From: Christensenellales bacterium
GTDB taxonomy: Bacteria; Bacillota; Clostridia; Christensenellales; CAG-138
DNA length: 48,538 nucleotides
Assembly: GCA_048421225.1 (NCBI GenBank)
Contig: DBFNRV010000056.1
Location: forward strand, 1-48,538
Direction: 5' to 3'
Every line of letters starts with the position of its first letter. The first letter of the stretch is position 1. Both the position numbers and the translations under genes were made by a program. The notes under the pieces are model-generated. The model was not told where the DNA came from. It was given only the letters and a program-made list of their open reading frames with translations, and did not search any database. Of the stretch, positions 27,028-35,391 are shown piece by piece.

Positions 27028-27894
27028 ATGTTTGGTTACGTTGGCCCCCTGACATGCGAGCTTAAAATCAAGGATAAGACGCTGTACGACGCGTATTACT
27101 GCGGAGTATGCAGGGAGATAGGCAAAAACTTCGGCCAGTCTCCGCGCGCCGCGCTGAGCTATGACTGCACCTTTTTAGCATTGCTTATCGCAAGCGTGAA
27201 AAGGCCTGTTCCGCCAGAAATGCACCGGTGCGGCTTTAAGCCGCTTTCAAAAAAGCGCGCGATGATGCCCTCTTCTGAGGCGATTCAATTTTCGGCCAAC
27301 GTAAATATAATCCTTACATGGTACAAGCTGCGGGACGACTGGAGCGACGAACGCAAAGCTTCTGCCTTGGCGCTAAGACCGCTTCTCTCATCTTCCGCCA
27401 AAAAGGCGTTTAAGGCCTGTCCTATGGCGGCCGGCGCCGTTGAAAGCGGACTTGCCGAACTGTCGGCACTGGAGAGGGCTAATTGCCCCGATATAGACGC
27501 CCCCTGCGATGCCTTTGCTAGGATGATGAGAGAAATAATGCTGACGGCTCCTTCTGTGGATAGGCGAACGCTGGAAGCAATGGCCCATATGTCGTATCAT
27601 ATGGGGAGGTGGATATATCTGGCGGACGCTTGGGACGACCGTGCCAAGGACGAAAAGAGCGGAGCTTACAATCCTTTCACAGCCTCCGGAGCCGGAAAGG
27701 ACAGGGCAGGGTTCTTGATGAATATTTCGCTGACCGAGGCGGTAAAGGCGTACGATCTTATTAATGTAATTGCCAATAAGGGTATACTGGACAATATAAT
27801 CCGCCTTGGCTGTTACGAACGTACCTGCAGGCTGTTAAATCCCGTATGCGACGGAACCGTCGCCAATCAAAGCGCAAAAACGGAACCGCAATAG
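27028..27894 (+). CDS. DUF5685-like protein
   Basis: The N-terminus MFGYVGPLTCELKIKDKTLYDAYYCGVCREIGKNFG matches my memory of the DUF5685 family signature (MFGYV...Y..YCG.C). The function is unknown. Confidence 0.55.
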   Translation: MFGYVGPLTCELKIKDKTLYDAYYCGVCREIGKNFGQSPRAALSYDCTFLALLIASVKRPVPPEMHRCGFKPLSKKRAMMPSSEAIQFSANVNIILTWYKLRDDWSDERKASALALRPLLSSSAKKAFKACPMAAGAVESGLAELSALERANCPDIDAPCDAFARMMREIMLTAPSVDRRTLEAMAHMSYHMGRWIYLADAWDDRAKDEKSGAYNPFTASGAGKDRAGFLMNISLTEAVKAYDLINVIANKGILDNIIRLGCYERTCRLLNPVCDGTVANQSAKTEPQ

Positions 27895-27990
27895 CCTGCT
27901 TACATACGGTATTTTCGGATAATTACAGCTATATGGTTAGCTATGGTTAAAACCTGTTTCTATCCCTTTAATCTCATGGAGGTATTCTGA

Positions 27991-28647
27991 ATGAACCCCT
28001 ACAAGGTATTAGGAGTAAGCGAGACGGCCACTCCTGAGGAAATAAGGCAGGCTTATCTGGAGTTGGTAAAAAAGTATCATCCGGATAAGTATACAGATAA
28101 TCCTCTTAAAGAGCTTGCCAACGAAAAGCTTAAGGAAATAAACGAGGCATACGATACGCTGACAAAAAAGGAGAAATCCTCGTCCGCTTCGTCATCCGGC
28201 AGGTACTCGGGCTATTCTGGAGGCGCAGACAGCTCATATACGGGAAGCGGCACCTACTCCGGCCCGGAATCGCAGGAGTTTTCAAGAGCGCGGGCATTTA
28301 TATCCCAGGGAAACCTCCAGGCGGCCAAGTTGGTGCTTGACGCAATAAAAACACATAATGCCGAGTGGTATTTTTTATACGGCATAATATACCTAAGGCA
28401 GGGGTGGTATGATAAGGCAAACGAGTTTATAACCAGGGCCTATCAAATGGATCCCAACAATGCCGAATACAGGAATGTATATTCAACGCTGAAGAGTTCC
28501 GGTTCGCCCTATGGAAACGGAGGCGGCTTCAACCGCACAGGCGGGTCTTCATGCAGCTCCTGTGATATCTGTTCAGGCTTGATTTGCGCTGATTGCTGCT
28601 GTGAAGCCTGCGGCGGTAATCTTATCCCCTGCTGCGGATGCAGGTAG
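27991..28647 (+). CDS. J domain protein with TPR-like middle and Cys-rich tail
   Basis: NPYKVLGV...YHPDKY is a J domain with the HPD motif. The last 33 residues, CSSCDICSGLICADCCCEACGGNLIPCCGCR, contain 12 Cys. Confidence 0.85.
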   Translation: MNPYKVLGVSETATPEEIRQAYLELVKKYHPDKYTDNPLKELANEKLKEINEAYDTLTKKEKSSSASSSGRYSGYSGGADSSYTGSGTYSGPESQEFSRARAFISQGNLQAAKLVLDAIKTHNAEWYFLYGIIYLRQGWYDKANEFITRAYQMDPNNAEYRNVYSTLKSSGSPYGNGGGFNRTGGSSCSSCDICSGLICADCCCEACGGNLIPCCGCR

Positions 28648-29201
28648 TAAAAGGGGGCTGTAGCTTGTATAAATTAACGCCTACCTTGAGAATTACGCTG
28701 AGCGCGATGACCGTAGCGCTTACCACGCTCTTTCTGTTTGCTGCCGCTACCCTTCCCACGGGAAGGCTTGTGTGCTATCTTTTGGCGTCCGTGTTCGTAT
28801 TTGCGCTGACAAATGAGGGAATGTACCTTGGCGCTGTTTTGTCCTTTATAGCGACCTCAGCGCTTTGCTGGCTGATAATTCCCGGCAAGCTCGCGGTGGC
28901 GCCATATGTAATAATACTTGGCCATTACTGTATTTTTAAGGATTTTCTTAAAAACCGCATTGGAGATCGGGTCGTCGGGTTCGCGTTGAGGCTGTTATAC
29001 TGCAATCTGTTTACCGGAGCGGGAATTGCGCTCGCGATCTATGTCTTCAATCTGGATTTGGCTGCGCTTATGCCTGGAATGCCCCTTTGGCTGATAGTAG
29101 CCGCGCTTGAAGTTGGGTTTATAGGCCTTGATATTCTTACCACAATGTGCCGTACGATCTATATAAACAGAATCCGCAATTCCCTTATTAAGCGAAAGTA
29201 A
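28638..29201 (+). CDS. Polytopic membrane protein, unknown function
   Basis: About 5 hydrophobic helices. It overlaps the J-protein stop. The likelier start is TTG 28665, 7 nt after AGGGGG. Confidence 0.55.
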   Translation: MQVVKGGCSLYKLTPTLRITLSAMTVALTTLFLFAAATLPTGRLVCYLLASVFVFALTNEGMYLGAVLSFIATSALCWLIIPGKLAVAPYVIILGHYCIFKDFLKNRIGDRVVGFALRLLYCNLFTGAGIALAIYVFNLDLAALMPGMPLWLIVAALEVGFIGLDILTTMCRTIYINRIRNSLIKRK

Positions 29202-29300
29202 GCCCGTCTGCAGCTATATTCGGTTAATAGGGAGCCTCAATACGTGTTAGTTGGTAGGAGAGCGATTTTCAAGCATGCGTTTTAATTTCTTAAAATATTG

Positions 29301-29340
29301 AAACCCCCGAAAGCGTCCGTCTATATCGGGGGTTTGATTT
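29301..29340. terminator. Bidirectional terminator
   Basis: AAACCCCCGA (29301-29310) pairs with TCGGGGGTTT (29326-29335). A T-rich tail follows. Confidence 0.6.
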
Positions 29341-29393
29341 ATACTAAATGTATGCGTGCTGATAAGGCGTATATATTTAGAAGCACTGTTAAA

Positions 29394-30887
29394 CTAACAT
29401 ATATCTCTCAATGGCGCGAGATCAAGACCGTTGAATTGATTTAAAAACTCCGCCACCTCTCCCGCAATCATCCTGACGCCCCCTGGCATATCGCTTTCTA
29501 TGTTTAGTGGGATAAGCGGATCATGGAGCGACATTCTTATTAAGAACCATCCTCCCGCCCCGTGAACGTTCACCCTTACGCCCTCATAGTTATCCTTTTC
29601 CACCCTCCAGCCGCTTCTTTCCGCCGCATATTCATCCATTTTTTTAAGTACAAGGCCTCCATAGGCGGAAAAATCGGGGGCGGTTATCCTCAGCCTGAAT
29701 TCTTTGGCCTCCATGGGCTCCTCCAGTCCATCTATGAGGCTTTCAAGGCGTGATCCATCCTGAGTTCCCCGTGCTATTTCAATCAGCAGTATTGCAATGA
29801 GATACGCCCCGTCATCTAGGAAGTAATTATCCCTAAACGCGCCGTGGCCCGATGTTTCCATTGCAAGGGGGCAGTCCACCCCCTGAGAATTCAACCGCTT
29901 AGCCTCATTTATCACATTGCGGTATCCGCGCTTAAAACGCCTGTGTACCCCTCCTCTTTTCTCTATGAAGGATTTCAGTCCCACGGATGTAATTGAATCT
30001 GTTACTATCGTGGCATTTGGATGCTCCCTAAGCTCTATCGCGGCCATCATGGCGATAAGCCCGTTTCGGTTGAGGCCGCGCCCCCCCTCAAGCACCGCCG
30101 CCGCCCTGTCAACATCCGCGTCGAATATAATCCCAAAGTCAGCGTTGTTTTTAATTACAGCGTCTCGAACGCTCGCCATGGCGGCGGGATCCTCGGGATT
30201 TGGCGAATGGTTTGGGAAACGTCCGTCCGGTTCTAAAAATACGCTTCCGCTTATATCGGCGCCCAATGGTTTGAGCACGTTTTCAGCAAAAAACCCTCCC
30301 GCGCCGTTTCCCGCGTCTACAACTATGCGCTTGTCCCTGAGCGGACGCAAATAATCGCTGGCATTTGCCCTCCGCCTTACCATTTCAACCATATCGTCGG
30401 CGTAAACGGATAAAAAATCCTCATGGACAACCTCCGTTTCATCCGGTAAGCCTAGCGCCGGACATTCTTGCGCGGCCCTCAATATATCAATGATATCACT
30501 CTTTTCAAGGCCTCCTTCACGTGTGAAGAATTTAAACCCGTTCCTGTCCATCGGCAGATGGCTGGCAGTAACCATTACCGCGCCGTCATACATGAACCCT
30601 TCCCTCACCGTGCTCATATACATGGCCGGCGTGCTGGCAAGGCCGAAGTCCGCCACTATCCTTATTCCGCTTGAGGCAAGGCCTTGGGCAAAATAATATG
30701 ACAGCTCGCGGCCGGTCACTCTGGAGTCGCGTCCTACGGCAATTCCGGCGCCGTTTCCGGCCCGCGCTTTCACCCATCTGCCGAACGACCAGCCGATCCT
30801 TCTGACGGAATCGGGAGTAAGCGCGGCATGTTCTCCCATGGCAACGCCCCTTATATCGCTTCCATTTTGTAAACTTAACAATTCCAT
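29394..30887 (-). CDS. Phosphomannomutase/phosphoglucomutase (alpha-D-phosphohexomutase family)
   Basis: The active-site loop is VMVTASHLPMDRNGFKF, the Mg loop is FDADVDR, and the sugar-binding loop is METSGH. Confidence 0.9.
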   Translation of the reverse strand: MELLSLQNGSDIRGVAMGEHAALTPDSVRRIGWSFGRWVKARAGNGAGIAVGRDSRVTGRELSYYFAQGLASSGIRIVADFGLASTPAMYMSTVREGFMYDGAVMVTASHLPMDRNGFKFFTREGGLEKSDIIDILRAAQECPALGLPDETEVVHEDFLSVYADDMVEMVRRRANASDYLRPLRDKRIVVDAGNGAGGFFAENVLKPLGADISGSVFLEPDGRFPNHSPNPEDPAAMASVRDAVIKNNADFGIIFDADVDRAAAVLEGGRGLNRNGLIAMMAAIELREHPNATIVTDSITSVGLKSFIEKRGGVHRRFKRGYRNVINEAKRLNSQGVDCPLAMETSGHGAFRDNYFLDDGAYLIAILLIEIARGTQDGSRLESLIDGLEEPMEAKEFRLRITAPDFSAYGGLVLKKMDEYAAERSGWRVEKDNYEGVRVNVHGAGGWFLIRMSLHDPLIPLNIESDMPGGVRMIAGEVAEFLNQFNGLDLAPLRDIC

Positions 30888-31155
30888 TGTTTAATCCTCT
30901 GCAAAATAATATGGCCTGTTATGCTAATCGTTTTAGGTTAACTCAAAGCTTTAATCAACAGCGCCCCACGCAGGGCGTCGACCCGTCCGGGTCCGCCGCG
31001 TTTTTACGTAAAACCTAATTTAAGCAATCCGCCTAAAAAAGCGCCTATGACGCCATTTTAAACCGCTTTAACCCTGCAATCGGGCAAGACCACGCGCAGA
31101 ACAGCACCCGCCGTCCCGCGCCAGCCTTTACTCCGTGCGGCGCTGAGGCTCCATG

Positions 31156-32499
31156 TCACTCCATGAAGGATCCGCCATACTCGTTGTTGTAAATCTCGTT
31201 TCCGATTAAGTTAAGGTCGCCTATCTCCAAATCGCATTCAAAGTAACTCCCCGAACGCCATACCTTTAAATGCATCTTATCGCCTACCCCCTTGCTTTGT
31301 ATCTTGGCAAGGAAGCCCTCCTGCGTTGGAGCGGTTATTTCGTCGCATTCCACTATTATATCATCGGCTCTTAGACCTGCCTTATACCCTGGTCCGTCAG
31401 TTATAACCGTATACACAAGCAGTCCCTGAGGCCTTCCATACGCTTCTGAATAGACCTCGTCAATATGTATTACGGAAACGCCTATGCCCGGACGCTCCAT
31501 ATGCCCCTGAGTGATTAGCGCAGTTATAATCTCAACCGCTCCGTTTATGGGGATTGCAAAGCCTAAGCCTTCCGCTGAGATTGCATTCCCATTGTCGTCA
31601 AAGCCGGCTGTGATGGTCTTTGCGCTGGTAATGCCTATGACCTCACCGCGCATGTTAAGCAGAGGCCCTCCGCTGTTGCCGGGATTGATGGCGGCGTCCG
31701 TCTGGATATACGTGTTGGTCTTTCCGTCGATATTCACATCCCTGGACGTAGAGCTGATTATCCCAAAGGTTGGAGTGCCGGCCAGGTTTGCCCCTGTAGG
31801 ATCGCCGATTGCCACTACAAACTCCCCGATTCTCGCGTTGCCTGAATCGCCAAGCTTAAGCGCGCTAAGGCTGGTCGCGTTAACCTTTAAAACCGCGACG
31901 TCAGCCGTATAATCAGCTCCCAGCACCTCCGCGTCAAGTTCCATTCCGTTGTTAAGCGTTGCCGTTACCCTATCAGCCCCCTCAATGACATGAGCGTTGG
32001 TTACGATATAGCCGCTGCTGGATATTATAAAGCCTGAACCGGTGCCCTGAATTCCCTCTGTAAACAGGGTTCCCAGCCTGTAATCCCCTACATAATTCGT
32101 TATGCTGACAACGCCCGATGAAACCGCTTCTACTATCTCTGGTATTGGGTTTGTAGTATCGGCTATCTCCGGCGCTACTCCGTCAAGGGCGGCCATAGGC
32201 CGCTGAGTCGTATCGGGATACGGCGTGACGTCAGTATCCCCGCCTGGATCTTCCGTTTGAAAAGGGCTGGGCGGCGTAAGGGATCCTGGTCTTGTCGGAG
32301 TGGGGGCGACGATTCCCGGATTAGGCCTCTGGCTGTCCGGAATAAAGATCGAAATGATCAAAATCCCCAATATCACCACTATAAGGACAATCGCCAAAAT
32401 AGTGCCAAAGCCGCCCTTTTTGTTCGGCGGCTGCGGCTCTCCTGTAAATTCATTAAATCCTGTATAACTACTGTTATCGGAATTGGTGTTAAAGCTCAT
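31156..32499 (-). CDS. HtrA/DegP-like S1C serine protease with N-terminal TM anchor and C-terminal PDZ domain
   Basis: It has TNAHVI (His), the Asp region DVAVLKV, and the GNSGGPLLN Ser motif. The PDZ-like C-terminus includes GLRADDIIVE. Confidence 0.9.
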   Translation of the reverse strand: MSFNTNSDNSSYTGFNEFTGEPQPPNKKGGFGTILAIVLIVVILGILIISIFIPDSQRPNPGIVAPTPTRPGSLTPPSPFQTEDPGGDTDVTPYPDTTQRPMAALDGVAPEIADTTNPIPEIVEAVSSGVVSITNYVGDYRLGTLFTEGIQGTGSGFIISSSGYIVTNAHVIEGADRVTATLNNGMELDAEVLGADYTADVAVLKVNATSLSALKLGDSGNARIGEFVVAIGDPTGANLAGTPTFGIISSTSRDVNIDGKTNTYIQTDAAINPGNSGGPLLNMRGEVIGITSAKTITAGFDDNGNAISAEGLGFAIPINGAVEIITALITQGHMERPGIGVSVIHIDEVYSEAYGRPQGLLVYTVITDGPGYKAGLRADDIIVECDEITAPTQEGFLAKIQSKGVGDKMHLKVWRSGSYFECDLEIGDLNLIGNEIYNNEYGGSFME

Positions 32500-32564
32500 G
32501 GATGCACCTCCTGTTATGATTATACCCTATAATCGACGTTGTTCCAACTTTAAATTGGTATATA

Positions 32565-34064
32565 TCAATTTTTATCGCCATTAAGCGCGTCCCTCGGCGC
32601 CTGCTGTGCGTTAGCCCGCTTCTTGACCTGTGCGGCGCGCTTCAGGGTGAAGGTAAAGCAGGCGCCTTCACCTACGCTGGACTCGGCGAATATATCCTGG
32701 CCATGCTGTTCCAAAATGCGCCTGACTATTGATAATCCAAGGCCTGTACCGGACGTGTTTGACGGCGTATGCGCTTTTTCCGCCTTATAAAACCTGTCAA
32801 AGACATAGGGCAGATCCTCTTTGGAAATTCCCGCTCCATTGTCCTTTACGCTGACATAACAGGTGTCGCCGTTAAACCTAGTCTTTACAGTAAGAACGCC
32901 TCCATCGGGGGAAAACTTTATCGCATTGTCGACAAGGTTTCTTATAACCTGGGTTATTCTGTCCCTGTCGGCCTTTACCCCGCTGTGGCTTTTGGCAAGC
33001 TCAAGCCGCATGTCGATGTTTTTAGCGTTTATCTGCGCCTCAAATGTTATCAGCGTCCTAACAAGAAGCTCGTTTATGTCGAATACAGTTATATTCAATG
33101 CGCTTTGGCCCGATTCTATGCGCGCAAGATCCAGCAGGTCGTTTACCATAGACGTCATGCGTCTGTTCTCGGACAATACAATATTAAGGTATTTACCGTA
33201 TTCCTCCTGCGGGATCGTACCGTCGCTCATTGCCTCGAGAAACCCTCTCATTGAGGTCAAGGGGGACCTCAGCTCGTGTGAAACGTTGGCTACAAAGCTG
33301 CGCCGCGCCTGCTCCAGCGTGTTGAGTTCATCCGCCATATGGTTAAAACTGCGCCCTAGCTGGCTAACCTCATCCTGTCCACGCATATCAACCCTCGCGT
33401 CAAAGTCGCCGTGGGAAAACCGCATTACCGTATTGTTCATCAGTTTGATGGGACGCGTAATTATGTTGGTTATGTAAAAAACGGCAAGCGTCGCAAAAAA
33501 TACAGCAATCAGCGCCGACAATAAAATATCCATATATACCTGGGTAATCGACTCATACAAACCCGTCATATCGATATGCATAAAGATTACCCCCAGAGCA
33601 TTGCCATCGTCGTCCTTTATGGTTTGAAACACAGTCATGGTAGGAAAAGAAACCAGATTTGAGAACATGTCCATAACTATTGAAGTTCCGCCCGAGGCCA
33701 TAATCGTTTCAGTTTCCTTGCTCAGATCCACTTCGTCGCATGACGCCCATTTGTTTCGGGAGTCCTCGTCAAAAAAAGAAACCTTCCCCAGCGAGGGGTC
33801 GGTAAATCTGAGCTGAATAAACGAATTATACTGCCGCGCGCTGTTAGTAAGCTGCTCCACCGCAACCGCGCGCCTCTCCTCGTTTGCATAACGGGACGCT
33901 ACAACCGTGGCAAGCGCGCTGCATTCGCGCCGCATCTCCATTTCCCTTTCTGAAACGTACCGCCCGCGGAAAATGCCCGCCATCGTTACGCCCAGCACAA
34001 TAAGCATGCCGAGGGCAAGGGCGAGATATATCGTGAGCATTTTGGAAAAAAGCGTCTTAAACAT
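32565..34064 (-). CDS. Sensor histidine kinase (TM-sensor-TM-HAMP-HisKA-HATPase)
   Basis: H-box FVANVSHELRSPLTSM, N-box RNLVDNAIKFSP, and G-boxes DNGAGI and GTGLGLSI. Confidence 0.9.
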   Translation of the reverse strand: MFKTLFSKMLTIYLALALGMLIVLGVTMAGIFRGRYVSEREMEMRRECSALATVVASRYANEERRAVAVEQLTNSARQYNSFIQLRFTDPSLGKVSFFDEDSRNKWASCDEVDLSKETETIMASGGTSIVMDMFSNLVSFPTMTVFQTIKDDDGNALGVIFMHIDMTGLYESITQVYMDILLSALIAVFFATLAVFYITNIITRPIKLMNNTVMRFSHGDFDARVDMRGQDEVSQLGRSFNHMADELNTLEQARRSFVANVSHELRSPLTSMRGFLEAMSDGTIPQEEYGKYLNIVLSENRRMTSMVNDLLDLARIESGQSALNITVFDINELLVRTLITFEAQINAKNIDMRLELAKSHSGVKADRDRITQVIRNLVDNAIKFSPDGGVLTVKTRFNGDTCYVSVKDNGAGISKEDLPYVFDRFYKAEKAHTPSNTSGTGLGLSIVRRILEQHGQDIFAESSVGEGACFTFTLKRAAQVKKRANAQQAPRDALNGDKN

Positions 34065-34095
34065 TAATTCGTCTCATACAAAATGGAGCGCTAAT

Positions 34096-34782
34096 TCAGC
34101 CTTCATCCTTTGAAGCCTCAAACTTATAGCCTACGCTCCATATCGTTTTTATCTCCCAGCCCTTTGCATCGGCTAGCTTTTCACGAATTCTCTTTATATG
34201 CACGTCTATGGTCCTTGAATCCCCATAGTAGTCAAAGCCCCATACCTGCTCCAAAAGCTGCTCCCTGGTAAACACCTTTCCCTCGTGCGCAGCCAGAAAG
34301 TGAAGCACTTCCAGCTCCTTTGGAGGCATTTCTACGCGCTTTCCATTGAGCCTGACCTCATATGTTTCAAGTGAAACGGAAAGGTTGCCGTATGCAATAT
34401 TGTGATCCTGTTCGTTTCCAGACGACCGGCGCAGCACCGCTTTTACCCTTGCGATCAGCTCTTTAGCGTCAAAAGGCTTGACAATATAATCGTCGGCGCC
34501 CTGTTCCAGGCCCTGTATCCTATCCATAGTATCGCCCTTTGCGGTAAGCATGATTACCGGAACGTCGCTATGTTTCCGGAGTTCTGAAAGCACCTCCCAC
34601 CCGTCCTTGCCCGGAAGCATTACGTCAAGGATTACCATAGCGGGGTTGCATGAGGCGAACGCCTCCGCGGCAAGGTCGCCGCGCTCACACGTATGGACAG
34701 TAAATCCAGCCTTTGTGAGATACATCTCAATGATGGCCAGTATATTTTTATCATCGTCTATAACAAGTATAATGTTTTCCAT
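34096..34782 (-). CDS. OmpR/PhoB-family response regulator
   Basis: The receiver domain has DD...D (ILDVMLPGKDG) and K (VKPF). The winged-helix C-terminus includes IKTIWSVGYKF. Confidence 0.95.
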   Translation of the reverse strand: MENIILVIDDDKNILAIIEMYLTKAGFTVHTCERGDLAAEAFASCNPAMVILDVMLPGKDGWEVLSELRKHSDVPVIMLTAKGDTMDRIQGLEQGADDYIVKPFDAKELIARVKAVLRRSSGNEQDHNIAYGNLSVSLETYEVRLNGKRVEMPPKELEVLHFLAAHEGKVFTREQLLEQVWGFDYYGDSRTIDVHIKRIREKLADAKGWEIKTIWSVGYKFEASKDEG

Positions 34783-34838
34783 GGCGCCTCTCTATTTTTA
34801 ATATTTTTCAGTTGCCCGATTAATTAACGTATCCATAG

Positions 34839-35273
34839 CTAAACGGGTTTTACCTCTATGCCTTCCCTTTTAAGCAGCGCGGCGGTAACCCCGTCGCCTT
34901 CCCGTAGCGTACCGGTAAAACTGCCGTCGTATATTTCCCCGGCCCCACAGGAAGGACTTTTCGACTTCAGCAGCGCGGTCCTGGCTCCAGCGGACTTTGC
35001 CATTTCAAGCGCGGCGTATGCCCCTTGAAGGAATTGTTCCGTTACATCCCTGCCGCGCAAATCCTTCACTCTGGCATGGCCGTTTAATACGTCTTCCCCG
35101 TCCCCCTCCGATATCTCTGCCGGAGGACGTGGGATTTCAAGCCCTCCGAGGCATTCGGGACATATCTCCACGAAATCATCGGCCTCGAGCAACTTTATAA
35201 CCTCTCGGTTGGGCTTAGAGCCGCCGTCATATCTGCACTTATGCCCCAACAGGCATCTGGATACAATTATCAT
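34839..35273 (-). CDS. DUF523 domain-containing protein
   Basis: The N-terminus VSRCLLGHKCRYDGG is the DUF523 signature. Confidence 0.8.
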   Translation of the reverse strand: MIIVSRCLLGHKCRYDGGSKPNREVIKLLEADDFVEICPECLGGLEIPRPPAEISEGDGEDVLNGHARVKDLRGRDVTEQFLQGAYAALEMAKSAGARTALLKSKSPSCGAGEIYDGSFTGTLREGDGVTAALLKREGIEVKPV

Positions 35274-35391
35274 ATATCTTTACCCCAGCGATATACAAGC
35301 TATATCGAATTAATTCAAAAAGTTTTTACATATGTGCGTCTTTTTCGCCTTATTCAATGCGCATATTTAAATCACCCCTAACCCCGCATCC

